A stretch of 64,000 nucleotides of DNA from Mayamaea pseudoterrestris (Eukaryota): the NCBI GenBank assembly GCA_027923505.1, contig BROI01000033.1, positions 62,001 to 126,000 on the forward strand. Reading direction: 5' to 3'. The notes below the pieces were generated by a model, which saw only the letters and a program-made list of their open reading frames with translations, was not told the origin of the DNA and made no database searches. The translations under genes were made by a program, and so were the position numbers. Shown one piece after another: positions 47,383 to 60,809 of the stretch (position 1 is the stretch's first letter; every line of letters starts with the position of its first letter).

Positions 47383-48741
47383 TTACGCCCACACTTTCAA
47401 AATCGAATCCCAGCTTCCCGAACATACTGCGTTTCCGTCCGGACTGACACCGACGCATGAAACGTGTCGTTCATGCGCTCCATTCATAGTAAATACTGGT
47501 GCATTCTTCTCTGACAAAATATCAAACGCATAAATGGAGCCATCCGAATGTCCACAGAAAATCAATCGTCCCGAAGCCGAAACACCCAGACTTGTAAACC
47601 CATCATTCTCAACACTGGCTGGATTAGGCTCCATGGCATTTCCAATGCGAGCCACTTCATTCTCAACACGAATGTCCCACACCCGCACACTTCCATCCTG
47701 ACTGCAGCTCGCCAAGCAGTGCGAGTCGGACGGAAGAAACTCCACGCCATTGACATCACCCAAGTGTCCAACCAACGTATGCGTCGCCACCTTTTGACGA
47801 ACGTCCCAAAGCTTGATGGTTTTGTCGACCGAGCATGACGCAAAGGTTTGCTGATCGTTGCACAGAGAAACAAACATGGCGTCGGCCGTGTGTCCACTGA
47901 ATCGACTAATTGGTTGCTTCGTGGTCAAGTCCCAGTGAATGCAACTAGCGTCACCCGACGATGTAATGACTTGCGTCTCGTTGAGAAACCGGCAGCACGA
48001 CACGAAACCATCGTGCGAGCTCATTTCCACTGGCTGACTGCTCGACGATCCGCGATTGTAAACGGTGCAGAGATTGTCCAAACCGCCGCAGGCAATCAAG
48101 TTGCCGTTGGTTTGCTCCATGCCGACCGACATGACGTAGGACGACTTGAGCGCAATCGCCTGCACCTTGCTGCCAGTGACAGCGTTCCACACCAATAGAT
48201 TACCATCCTGCGACGCGGAAACAACATGCGTGGAGTCTCCGCCCCAGTGTAGAGCCGTGACTTTACCAAAGTGTCCCTTGAGCGTGCGACGAAGCTTGGT
48301 GGATGGTGGGGTTCGCACCGTTGCCAGTGGCTGGGCTTTACTACTAGCCGAACCAGCGAGTGACTTGTCGCGTTTGGCTTGCTGCGCCTTTTCAATTTGT
48401 GACTTGAGATTTTCAATCTGTGAAAAAGAAAGAGGACATGATATAAGTTAGTACTTAGTACATTCCCATATATCGTTACTGCCAACAATGATGTGAGCAT
48501 GCGACGAGAACGGCGCCGGTGACACGACCATCTAAGTAAGGCTCGCAGCGAAAGATGTGATGCCCGCGGACGTAGAAGCTACCAATCGGATTAAAAAATC
48601 TTTCGTTCGTTTAATATCATCTCTTCATCTTTGCGAGTGACAAGCAGACTCTTCTGCTGACTGCTTCAAATTCTGTAATAGCCGCCGCGCGCTTATACCG
48701 ACCTGTCCCATCGCCGCAGCGACTCTTGCATCATCTGACAT
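47383..48741 (-). CDS. GNB: heterotrimeric G-protein beta subunit; exon 1 48741-48703, intron 48702-48418
   Basis: N-terminal coiled coil; RRTLKGHFGKV, VSASQDG, ACGGLDN.C, SCCRF, TSSGD, HERHVSC.GVSPDG.AVCSGSWDSILKVWA. Confidence 0.95.
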
Positions 48742-49050
48742 TTTGTTAAAGAATGTATGTAGCTTGTTCAAGAGCTACAGCTAGGTACAGTAGTTGAACC
48801 GATGCTTTCTTCTCGTCGACCTTTGATCCAGCTGACGGCGTTCAATCTTGGTGCGTTGGAGGAAGCGCGCGACGGCGCGGGCGGTCATTGATGAGTGTCG
48901 TAGCGGTTGGAACGCGTGAGTGAAAAGCAAGTCACGAGTCAAGAATTCGACAAGGACCGTTCCGCTTGCCGATCCACAATTCGCGACGGCTCGCATCCTT
49001 ATCAACATCTTGTTGCAAGCGTATATCTACTGAATATAGCTAAACAGACG

Positions 49051-50232
49051 ATGATAATGAAGGATCTTGTTCGATTAACGGCGATGATTCTTCTCCTGGC
49101 CTTGCCGGGAGCATCAAGCTCGTCTCCGTTTCGGACAGCCTCCACGACGCGTTCGACTCCTCGCTGCTGGGCTCCTAGCACGAAAACTCCATACAATCCT
49201 AGATCCATGAATGGTCCAAAACCATTCAGTCAAGAGATTATTAACTCGTGCCTCAATATTCGTGGAGGAGCCAGCAGCAACAAGAATAGTAGAGACAGAA
49301 AGTTTGGCGCTCCACACACTCGCGACCAGGACTTGTTTGACGTTATTGCAGCCATTTCGCGCGACTCGCTCAGTGCAATCTCGAATCCTAATGGCGTGGT
49401 TGTCAAGTCGATCAAGAAAAGTCGGGCTTTTATGAATGATTTGGTTTCCAATGAACCGCGAAACAAGAGCAAGTTACAACAACCAAGCAACAAGATTGGT
49501 CGCTGGTTCTTTTCGAGGCAATCGTCAACAAAGTCCACACCCGCAGCCACTATTGAACCTGAAATTGTAATCCGCCGCTCCAGTCGACTCCTTGGTCTCG
49601 GTTTAATTACTTGGCTCGTGGCGGAGGTCTTGGACTTTTTTGGTGCATTCACCCCAATGGGTGACTCGGACGAGGATGACAACGTTGCGGCGGCTGCCTG
49701 GAAGGACAAGTTGCATCCAATCGTGTTCAATATTCAAGAGATTTGGACGAACGTGCGCGCCAAGGCGCGCGCCTTTTGGTTCTTTCACATTTCCAATGCA
49801 CCGACGCGCTGGAGCGACTTATCCTTGGCCTTGCTGCAAACCTGGCCGCGCAAGTATCAGTGGGCGTGCGGTACCATGTTTGGTATGCTGCTGGCGCCGG
49901 CGGCTTGGCCAGTGCTGCAGGTGCTGCTGGAAGCGGGAGGGTTGGTGTATGTATTGGCAGCTTTGAATGACGCGAGCAAGCAGTCGTTGGAGCAGTAGAA
50001 CAATCTTTTGGTGTCGGAGGATTCGCCCGTGCTGTTGCAGAAATTGGATACAGTTTTGGATGAATGGCGCCTCAAGGTCAATGCGGCAATCTCCCATCCT
50101 GATGAAATTGTCGCCCGGGCATCCCATGGAGAGTTTTGGATGCCGCCTGAAAAGCTTTCGGTCGATGTGCAGCGCGGCGTGTTGTGTGGCGTTGCGCTAG
50201 GAGTCTTGCTGGATGCTACTCGTGAGGAATGA
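49051..50232 (+). CDS. hypothetical membrane protein with signal peptide; in-frame TAG at 49996-49998 followed by 77 further open codons
   Basis: Signal peptide, LNIRGG motif, several hydrophobic segments; same frame continues after TAG to a hydrophobic C-terminal segment (GVLCGVALGVLL). Confidence 0.55.
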
Positions 50233-51053
50233 AAGTAATATGCATGCACTGCTTAATGTAGGGTATAAATAAACATGTAATTTCGCTTGGAGGTCTCTGT
50301 CCTACCTATTCTTCGTGTGTGCACGAGTTGTTTTGTGCACGAGTACAGTCATCTTAATGCTTCAATCTCTTTCCTGCTACTACCGCAGTCGATATCCAAT
50401 GTTTCAAAAGTCGGTCAGTATTATTTGTCGCCTCCATGTTTGTAGCTTGCTTTGGTAACCTCGGCTAGCTATGTATATACTGTAATCCATCCGCAAATTT
50501 CGCATCCAGTCGGGCGTCCGCATAATCGTTCGGACTCCCGTTTTGTACACTCCCTGGCATATTCGAGACAATGACACGATCATTCGAAATGGTTACTTAC
50601 AAGCTTGCTCGTGGATATGCGCGCCAGTCCATCCAACAACTCCGTTGTGGACCATTTAAATATTTTATCATCTAAGTAGAATCCAACAAATCTCGACTGG
50701 CGTGAAAGGTGCTCGTTCCGTCTCACGCACGAAAACCTCCAAGCTTGATAGACTACGGAAGAACATGGCGTGTGCAGCTCTACAAAATTGTCCTTGCTCC
50801 CACCAAAAATCAAGAGCAACAGACAAGGAATCAACCACTTGTTCAAGGATAGAATCGAATTTGTTGACCATCACTCATACTCGAAATCCACGTGCACCAT
50901 TAATCCTAGCGTGACGGAAGCAAAAACTGAACCTCTCTCCCTCTCCGCTGTCGTCTTCGCTGGAAGCAACGCGCACCCCGACGAGCTAGTTGACAGCAGC
51001 ATCAGCAGCGGCGTTACTTGGTCGAGAGGCTCTTTTGGAAGTTACTGTACATA

Positions 51054-53678
51054 ATGGTGCATGAGGAGAATCGAGCATCTACTAGAATGAGTCCTTCCCG
51101 AGCGACGAGGAGAAGCAGTAGTTTTCTGCGAGATGGAGCTTCCGAAAACAGTGGTACCTGGGAGATTGCAGTGCCGAGCTGGAGCCACGACGATGACAAC
51201 GAGGAGCAAGAGGAAGGTTTTGATGACTTGTATCGGATGAGCGACCATATACCATCAACTCCCTTTACTCCAGACTGCAAGGATCGGACGATGGGGACGA
51301 CGACAACTGGAAGCCACTCGTCTTCCATGACCAATCCAAACTCGCCTCATTCACCTCTTCATCAGTATGACATCTTTCCATCTTCTGCTGGAGCAGCAGG
51401 AGGCAATGGAAGCAGCAGTTGTTATCTTTATCATGACTATGATTCCGATTCTCCTCCCAGCTTTGATCGGCCAAATTCGATTCCACTGCTACCTTCGCGT
51501 CACGGTCTTTCGGAGCGACGCCGCAGCAGCAAGAACCATTCCAGCACTGGAACGCTCACCAAATCCACCAGTTTCTCGCGGCACTCTCATTCTCCCACGG
51601 AGTATTCAAGCTCTGCCGATGAAGCAGCCGATTCAACCCCCGCCAGCAAGCGCAAGCAGCGGCAAAAGTTTCGCAAACGCGCGTCCGCAACGCCACTGAG
51701 TGCACGACAAAAACGACGCGAGTCGACGCAACATTTGCAGTCGGCCTTGCCAAGATCGTCGTCGCAATCGTCCTTGCTGAATTCGTTTTGGAATGGAACG
51801 TCTACGCCGACGCCGCCGTGCTGCTTTGGAGCTAATAGTGGTAACAGCGGCAACAACAAGTCGATGAGTCGGCGCAACCTAATCATGTGGCTATTGCTGC
51901 TCGTTGTTGGCGGCCTTAGCGTTTCACTAACCATTGCAACTAACTCGAGAATTCGCGAGCAGCAGGAGCAAAGCATTTTGTTGCTGCAGCAAGTTGTTCC
52001 AAAGTCGTTGCAGAAGCAAAAACAACAAAAGGAGTCGTCGTTGAGGGGCAATTTAATTTGGCACGAGCTGGAACGTATTGGGACGGGCGGTGGTGCATTT
52101 GCCAAGACGTCTGCCTCGTCTACTACTAACGCTGCCGATGAATTGACGTGGGCTGAAAAGTACTTGCCAGCGTCTTTGTTTTCTTGGACGTCACACAAGA
52201 AGAAAAAGGCAAAGAAACAGAAAAAGTCTCTCACCAAGGCTGCCATGGCTGCAACCACTGCTCGACAGCAACCACTTGGAAACGTCTATGGCGTATCGAG
52301 GGTCGTTCTTCCAGCGGCGGAAGTTCCGGCTATGCAGCAACACAAGCAGCGACAAGGTTTTGATGTGCATGATCGCAAGCTCTATCGTACAACCCACGTT
52401 GCCACGCCGTCCACCAAGTCATCGCGGGGTGAAGCAACGTCGCCTCACCGTCGACGGACTGTCATTCTACACGAGTCCATGATGGTTCCTACCTTTACCG
52501 CTGCCAATAGTAACTTCAACAAGAAGCACCTGACACTCTACCCACCTGATTTTACCGACAATACGCAACTCTACGGCATTTTGGATTCGAATGACGAGCG
52601 CGTCAAGACGATGGAGCGACGACCGCCACTGATTGACGGCGAGTGCGTGCCCATGCAAGAGTGGCAAACCACCTTTTACCCGTCTTGCAATAGCATGCAT
52701 GAAGTGGATTTGCATGGACAATCGTCCGAAACGAGTCTGTCATTGTTTGGAACGAAAGGATACTGGCGAAATGCCTGGAGAGTGGATGCGTATACGCCCG
52801 AGCAGCATGATACCTTGGTGCTCAAGACGTTAAAGTGAGTACATTTATGCGCTGCCTGTCTCGTGAACTCGTCCTGATCCTCGAATGTTCTTCTCACCGA
52901 CCACTTTTTCTCTTGCAGGATTGAACATCGCTTTGAGGAGGCTCATTTCGAACATGACCGCATTGATGCCGTTGCAATGGAGCGCCTTACGTCGTCGCCG
53001 CATGTCATTAACATCTTTTCCTTTTGCGGGCATTCGGTCATGACTGAATACGCTGACGGAAATCGTCTTGGTGAACTCGCTGATAAGTCGAAACGAACAC
53101 CATTAGCGCGGCTTCGCATCGCTCGGGACATTGCAAGTGGACTCGCCGACGTTCATGGTATTGACGGCGACGGTAATGCGACATTTGTTCATCTTGATAT
53201 CAATCCAGCGAATGTCATCTCGATCGGCGGAACTTTAAAGCTTAACGACTTTAACATTGGCATTATTCGAAAATGGAACACCACCTCAAATGAACCGTGC
53301 GGATTCCCTGCGCAGTACCCTAATCCACAATGGCGGTCGCCCGAGGAAGCTCGGAATGAACAAAATCTTACAGAAAAGGTGGACATCTTTAGCATGGGTC
53401 ACATCTTTTTCCGATTAATATGTGGACACGAACCTTGGCACAAGCTTGAAAAAGGTGGCAAGCCGAGCAAGCAAGAGATGAATGAAAAGGTACAAAAAGG
53501 TATACTTCCGACAATTCCGGATTTCGTCAAGAAGTCGACCTCGCCGGAGGTTGTCGCCATTCGTGATGCGATGTTGAAATGCTATGAATATGATCCACAT
53601 AAACGTCCGGGTGCAAGGGAGATTGCGACTGCCTTACAAAAGGCACTTGATAAGCTGGAATCGCAAGCCACCCCATAA
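51054..53678 (+). CDS. type II membrane protein kinase with probably lumenal catalytic domain (PKDCC/VLK-like topology); intron 52835-52918
   Basis: TM LIMWLLLLVVGGLSVSL; GTKGYWR, LVLKTLK, HLDINPANV, LNDFN, WRSPEE, KVDIFSMG, KRPGARE. Confidence 0.85.
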
Positions 53679-53872
53679 TGGTACACAAAGGCGATCTGAT
53701 GGCAGCAGAGCGCCGCCGCCAAATGGCTATGCCCACACGACATTACACGGTCTGTAAATAGTGTAATATAACCCCATCCACATGCTACTGCTTTAATTGT
53801 GTATGTGTTTACAAATGATTCATACACCCCTTGGCAAGATGCACTGCCAATGTTAGCTATCTTGGACTGCCT

Positions 53873-56800
53873 TTATATTAACGATGACGCTTGTTTGTAC
53901 GCCTGCTCGTATGAGTCCACCTCAGCGTCCAGCTCTACCCAGCTCTCGTTGAAGAGAGAGCCACTGATGACTCGTTTCGCCATGTCGACTTTTGGTTCTT
54001 TGTGCAGTGGATTGTTGCATAGGTCGATCGTCTTGCTTGCAGCTTTCGTGTCGTCAGAGCACCATGACTCGCACCAAAGCCACTCCTGTGGGAGGCTAAA
54101 GATCGGAACTTGATTTTGAGCATAGTTTGGAAGGTCTTGATCAAGATTCGAAAGACTGTGTGGGTCAGCAGAAAGTTGTTGATAGATGGCGCGTAAAGTA
54201 TCCCCGACATTGGTTTTTCGAAATCGGTCCAAGTCCACAACATACAGCGCAGAAATGTGATATGGCTTCCCTCGAAGATGCTGCTTCCAAAAGCCTTCCC
54301 TCCAAAATTGGTAGCCAAGTGTAGTTTCCCGGGACGTACAAAAGGGCGTGTATCCGTACGGCTTTCCTTCGAGATTCATGTCCCAAAGTTCCTTTAGGTC
54401 GCCTCGCAATACTTGATCAGCGTCTACATATATTATTTTTTTGACGTTCAAAGGAAAGAGGACATCGAGAAAAAGAATTTTGTACCCCCAAATTATGCGC
54501 TGCTTCTCACTTTGACCGCGTAGCCATTCTGGCCATTTGTATGTAACGAACTCCACTTCGCTCCCGATTGCAGCAGCCATGTGACGCGCGCTTTCCTTGA
54601 AGCTAGGAGACAGGAAATTTTCAAACAACCAGAATTTGACTTTGGCTGATGTTCGTTTAGTTACTGATAGCATCATGATCTTCAAAAAACGCTCATACAG
54701 GTGCCCCGTTGCCAAGGAAAATACGTTGATTACGTCGGCATTGTCGTCGCCGCTCAGTTCTTCCTTGTCCTCAAACAAACTTTCGCGTTCGTAGCCAGGT
54801 CTGCGCTTAACAATTAAAAGCTCTCCCTTATTAACGAAATCTTGCAGAGCTATAGTCTTTATCTTTTGATCCTCGCCACTCTCGCTGCTTGTGATTAGCC
54901 TTCCACGACGATACTCGCCAGGAATTATATCAAAGATTGTAGCACCTTTAGTGCCGCTAGCCATTGCAAGGTCCCAAAGCCCTGGACCGGCCTGCATCTG
55001 CCAGTACCCTGCATTTAACATCACAATTGTATCGGAATGAACGTGGTGCGATGGACCATATAGGTTGCGATGGTCAATGATTGTCCCATCAAGTCCGACT
55101 TCCTTGCTTGCGCTTGAGGTAGCGTACCGGTTGGAGAGCTGACGGGATAATGTTAATTGCAGGCCACTGGGAGGGCTGCCCGATGTCTCAAAGCACTGGC
55201 CGAAGATGAGTAGGCTTTTTAAATCATATTCGACTTTTGTTATTAGCTTCTGCTCGTACAAAGGTATTGTCATACTATCTTTTCCGGTATAAGTTTCGTC
55301 GCTACAACCGCTGTAGACATCGCATCGCAGATTATCGGAATCTTGTACGGCAAAAGACTGCTGCACATTCCATGGTTCCGCTACGTCAATTTGCAGGGTC
55401 AACACGTGGTTTGTAGGAAGATTATGAAAGTGAGCCCCTGGCGACATTTTTGGCACCAAGTCAGCGCTGACCACAAAGCGATAATAGCTTGATACAGGAA
55501 TTTTCGAATCCCCGTCAATTACAAGCTCTGGCCTCATAACTACTATCAAATCCATACGCATATGTTCGTGCAATAATCGGAGAATCGTCGAGAGGCGCTG
55601 GGCGGAAATAGTTGCTGGATCAACGACGGCGCACCCATGCAGCTTTAACGTATCTCCATCAGCAATGCTCCATGCCATGCGCAAGGGATTTCCATCTGCG
55701 GCCCATCGATCGCCGAGCTTTGTCAGCGACAAGGCCTTGTCGACGTGGACTCGAGCAATATTGCTCTCGGCATAGGCCAAGAACGATGCCGTGCGCGCTA
55801 TGCCATCCGCCGACGCATCTTCCAAAAGACGCGAAACTGCTCGCGCTCGCGCTGACTCCAAGCGTAAAAGTAACTCTAGATCGTCGCGCGTTGGCTGTGT
55901 TTTGGGATCAAGCGCATAAATACGCCCGTTGACGGAGATGAAGGAGGGTGGAAGTGATGGATCTTGATAGCCATCACTCAAACACGCAGCTGACGTCAAG
56001 TTTTTCTTGATTTTGTCAGAAACGACAGATCCATCAAGTAGATTGTCTATTGCAGCCCCGCTAGATGCGTTGGAAAAAATTGAGCGCAGCTTAGCCGTGC
56101 CCAGTAATGAAGCATGCAATAAGGCGCTGCATAATGCTCCACTCGCTCCGTGCCGCATCTTGGGAATAAAGCGAAACTGAATCGAAATATCATCCGGGGT
56201 AGCGTTGGAGGATTCAAATGCATCGAGTACATCGAGAAGTGCCAGCGCTTGTTTAAAAGCTCCATCCACGCTAAAATCGAAGACTCCTTCGATAATAACA
56301 TTGGGCTGAGGCGTCGATGGTGATTGCGGTGACAAAAGTGAAGCTTGTGCAAACAAATGGTCATGCTTCACGAAAGAACCCCCATTCTCATCTGCGTCTA
56401 CAAGTAATGGATGGAATCGACCAAAGACTTTATCACCGCTCAGCAAATGTCCATAAACACTCTTAGGGCCAGTGTCAGTAATTTCGCCCGTGGCAATCAA
56501 GTTGAACACATAACGCTGTTCGTCGTTTACCACTTTTCTCAGCCCGTCTGATTCCCGATTCAGAGGCAGTGGCCGCCCATTCAAAAAACTCATTCCTGCC
56601 GATAATCTCTTTTCTGCCGCAAAGCGTAATGCATGACCATATGATAGTTCATCATCGGCGCTTGGTGTCTGTGACAAGCCAAACATAGCAGCTTCTTGGG
56701 CATCGGCCGACTCCTTTATGCCTAATCCTTCAATTAGATTGCCGTGTATGACAACTAGATCGTATAAAGACATATGACCTCGTAACTCGGAATGCTCTCG

Positions 56801-58989
56801 TAGCTGAGACGCAAAGTATTCCAGGTACGCCAGCGCTGCGCCGCTTTCTTTACCATTGCCTTTCAGGAACGAATGGAAAATTCGATGAAAGGCATGTGTT
56901 GATGCCTTTATGCTTTTAAGGGCATCCAGCGATGGCTTGCCTGACACAATATCTTGTGTTGGACAAGGAGCGGCATCGTCAACATTCACTTGCAAGCCTA
57001 GCCATTGCGAGCATGCTCTTATATCCTCGTCGCTGACAAATAGCGAGCCGATTCGAATCGGAAATTGACTCTGCATCAGCTGCATGGCCACCTCCAAGCC
57101 AATATTTTCTGGACTTTTTATTGGATCTATTACTGCCAACATAGTGAACAAATTGCGTCGAACCATAGGAGGATAGCTGTGACACAACGAGAAGTGTAAG
57201 TACAAGGTCGTCGATGCACGTTTATATACCACCACTCGGCTGCCTACCCGTATTGCATGTTCATAAGCATCTTCTTGACTGATCGAGGCCACTGCATAAA
57301 CATTCGATCTTTTTCCACATCATTCAGATATAGAATCGCCTGTTTGCCGCCCCGAGCAACATCCACTCGGTAGCCTTTTTCACCTGCGGTGGTATCCTTA
57401 GCTTCGTTCGCCTCTGCAGACGTTGCTGCTTCGTCACTAGTTTTGCTACTTCGCATAAACTCGTCTCCCATAATCCAGGCTTCTTGGACAGCTCGAAGCT
57501 GCTCCATGGTCAGATATGGACCCAACTGCTCTTGCAAATCCGTCAGCGCCGCGTGTTCTTCCTTCATTACATCCATCAACTCAAACACATTGAACGACGG
57601 ACGATCAAATCGAATGGCTCGTCCATTAATGTAAAACTTCCCAGCTTGAATAGCGCTAGCATCATGCAGCTTGGTGGCCATTTCCAGCACCGTTTCGTTG
57701 ATTTTGACGTGCACCAACGTAGACGCGAGCGACGGCAAGTTTTGGCTGACATCCTCCAACGTTCGCAGTGGATCCGACGAGGCGGCAATGACCGTGGTCA
57801 TTTGCAGCGGCAACTGACGTCGCTGCCAGACCGGTGGGATGATTTGCGATTGGAGTTGTCGTTCATCATGTAGTTGCCACAGCTTGGACGCCAGCTCCTG
57901 TCGACGTGTCGTCAACTCATCGCCACCATTTTCGCCACGAAGCATACGATTCAACAATGGGGCAGTCAAGTTAACCCCCGCCAAAAATTCGTTTGGCAAT
58001 TTGATGGTAGGATCAGTCACATTGACCATACTGGATGATGCTTGCTCATCTCCCATAGCATTCGTTCGTCGATCGTCAAACACCTTGTACTCGACGTTGC
58101 GAATGTCGAGACGGACGCCATAGCCTTGCAATACGGTAGGCTTTGCCAAGGAAGCATCCTCCTCGTACGTGACGGCGCCCAAGTGGCGAATGACAAATTT
58201 GATGTTCGCGGATTGCTGCGTTAGTAGATTGTAAACGCGTGCAAAATCAACCGTTCCAAGGTTGGCGTAGAGGACTACGAAGATCGCTGACGTTTCATTG
58301 GAGCCTTGAAGTCGCTCGCCCGGTAGTATCAAATCGGTGTATGTATTGTTAATTGCCATATCGCTGCTTGTCAGTTTCTCCCAATCCAACGACTGCAAGC
58401 CTTCCATTCCAATTACAACTTGCTCCATTGGATACAAGACAGCCATGGCATTCATCACTGTCTCGTTTTGCACGGCAAGCAAATCACTTTGCTGCAAGAA
58501 AGTCTGCCTAGCCAATCCCCGATGCAGCTCGCACTTTGGACTCGACGCGCGCATGGCCAAGTGGAACTCGAGCAAGGACGTGTCAGGGTTGATGCTTGCC
58601 GCTGCGGACAAGGCTCGTTTGTTTGCAGTTTCTTGTTGCACTTCATCTTCATGCAATTTCTCTTCTTGCAGTATTATAGAAGCAAGCGCATCCAAAAATT
58701 CGTTCGACTGTGACGCAAAATATGCCATGGCTTCGCAGTAGACATTGTGCACTGTCGTTGGCCAGGAGCGCGCCACCACTTGAGCAGATATTTGACGATT
58801 CACAAGGGGCGAAACAAGTGTTTGCGAATTGTCATCCATACTACTTGCTTTGGTAACTTTGGACGGCTCGGAAGAGTCTTGCGCCGCGTCATCATTTGAA
58901 AGCCAGGACGACCAGGACGATGATGCCGACGAAAAGTGGCATCCCAGCAAGGTCGAGGCGGCGATTAGCGCAAGGCCCTGCAGACGCAT
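53873..58989 (-). CDS. UGGT: UDP-glucose:glycoprotein glucosyltransferase (GT24); intron 57247-57177
   Basis: Signal peptide; LQGYGVRLDIRNVEYKVFDD; YLNDVEKD; INVFSLATGHLYERFLKIMM; WGYKILFLDVLFP; YVDADQ; NLDQDLPN; WLWCESWC; IDLCNNP. Confidence 0.96.
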
Positions 58990-59529
58990 GACTTTTTGTG
59001 ACGGGCGAGACAATGCACTTTACAGTCTCTTAAAGCAATGTACAAGCAAAGGATTGTTGATGATAGAAGTTGGTCCAAAGATCTTCGATTGATTCTGCGG
59101 CGAGTAGACTAGCCGAATGGATGGGTCGATCATCTTTGAGTACCGGTCGGACGGCATTGCCTGCAGCACGATATTATGGCTGTCGATCGTGTGGAGGTAC
59201 GAATACACCGGTATGTACTGTACATACTGTTTGTACCACCTGAAAGTCGACCAACATGTTGTAGATATCCGCTTTTAGCAGCCTGCCTCTTATGAATAAA
59301 GTAAGTCTACATATCAGCAGTAAGAGGAGCTGATAATGCATCCATTTCTTCACAAGAGCCAAGCTGCTGTCCGGCACATCTAAGTCAAGCAAAAGCTGAT
59401 CACAAGAATTGGACAAGTTGCAACTCGTATCTCTTGCATGAAAGCGACGCACAAGAAGTAGTGTTTATCTTCGCCCACTCAGTCAGAGATCTTATAACAA
59501 ACAACCTGTTCCAAAGATATGAGAAAACA

Positions 59530-59601
59530 TCTCTGATAGTATAGTGGTTAGTATCCCCGCCTGTCACGCGGGAGACCGGGGTTCGATTCCCCGTCAGAGA
59601 A
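59530..59601 (+). tRNA. tRNA-Asp (GTC), copy 1
   Basis: 72-nt cloverleaf: TCTCTGA/TCAGAGA acceptor, CCCGC-CTGTCAC-GCGGG anticodon arm, GGTTCGATTCC T-loop. Confidence 0.97.
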
Positions 59602-59696
59602 TACTTTTGTCAAGCTCACTATCATTTTTTTACTGTTAGTAGTAGGTGGAAGCGCTATGTTGTGCCCAAGCGACGCAAGAGTCTGTCCTGAAACAC

Positions 59697-59768
59697 TCTC
59701 TGATAGTATAGTGGTTAGTATCCCCGCCTGTCACGCGGGAGACCGGGGTTCGATTCCCCGTCAGAGAA
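59697..59768 (+). tRNA. tRNA-Asp (GTC), copy 2, identical
   Basis: Identical 72-nt sequence 167 bp downstream. Confidence 0.97.
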
Positions 59769-60119
59769 CATCGTTTTGGTAGGCAAACAATCAAAAATCG
59801 TTTTGTTACGTCGCCAAATCTTAGTAGTAGCAGATGGAAGCGCGTCCTGTTGCCGAAGCGCCGCAAGACTCTGGTATGATACACATACCCTCACCAGCCA
59901 AAAGGCAGAGAAAGAGTTTTGACCAATCGATTATCAGTTAATGTTTCTTGTCCGAGCAAGACGAGAAAGTCTCAATCTTGCAATTGGTAGAACGTCCTAC
60001 AATGAAAGCTTTTAATGCTCGGACGTCAACATTGTGCTTGTGCTACGCGAAAATCAACCCAATCGTCGGATAGTAATGTAAAGTGTATCTATGCAATAGC
60101 AGTATACGCAATCATAAGC

Positions 60120-60809
60120 TCAACCAAAAGCAACTGTTTCACGCGCCTTGTCAATCGCATTCTGCGGCTCCGGCAAGATCAACAATCGATTCTCCAAAGC
60201 AACACTTTGATCAAACGCCATGACATGCAGCTCATCTAGAATTCCGTCTAAAATACTGGACTCGTGGATCATATATGCTGTCGATGGCAATGATCCGACA
60301 CGATCAATCGTGATACCTTCGTCAGTTGTCAGCTCCACTGTCAGCATGGCCGACCCGTCGTGAAAAAAGAACTCTATGACAAACTCGTCGCTCGCCGTTG
60401 TTAGCTGATTTGCCCTCCACAGGCGTTGTCCCTCTGGCGACTTTTGCTTCCCGAGCAAGTAAAACATGAGGAACAGTCGCAAGCCGCCAGGCTTGATGCT
60501 TTGAACCGGAATGTGCACAATACGAGTGGTTCCAGCAGGGCTGTCATCATCGCAACTATTGGTTGAGAAACTTTTGCTGCCGTTGTTCGTCAGTTCATTG
60601 TTGTTTGTTCCCAATTTATTATCCTCCTGCGGTTTCCAAAACTCGCCGAAGAAACTATAAAGGTCGTCAAGCCACCCGGCTGACACTCTTGTTATCGAGC
60701 GCCGGAGGGTACTGGACCTGATTTTAGACGACGGTGAGAATGACATGGACTCACGAAGCAAAAAGCATGTTATAAGAAGAGACACAGTATTTGTTTGAAG
60801 CAGTTTCAT
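60120..60809 (-). CDS. hypothetical plastid-targeted protein
   Basis: Signal peptide ending ESMS-FSP then Ser/Arg transit-like stretch; conserved-looking IKPGGLRLFLMFYL and C-terminal ...RETVAFG. Confidence 0.65.
   Translation of the reverse strand: MKLLQTNTVSLLITCFLLRESMSFSPSSKIRSSTLRRSITRVSAGWLDDLYSFFGEFWKPQEDNKLGTNNNELTNNGSKSFSTNSCDDDSPAGTTRIVHIPVQSIKPGGLRLFLMFYLLGKQKSPEGQRLWRANQLTTASDEFVIEFFFHDGSAMLTVELTTDEGITIDRVGSLPSTAYMIHESSILDGILDELHVMAFDQSVALENRLLILPEPQNAIDKARETVAFG

Noticed and set aside
50233..51000. Short ORFs 50580-50846, 50668-50874, 50702-50914
   Set aside because: Short, no motifs, mutually overlapping; likely intergenic/UTR
53873..53900. UGGT lacks a C-terminal HDEL/KDEL-type signal (ends ASSLI)
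   Set aside because: Real observation but retention signals vary among protist UGGTs; not informative without orthologs
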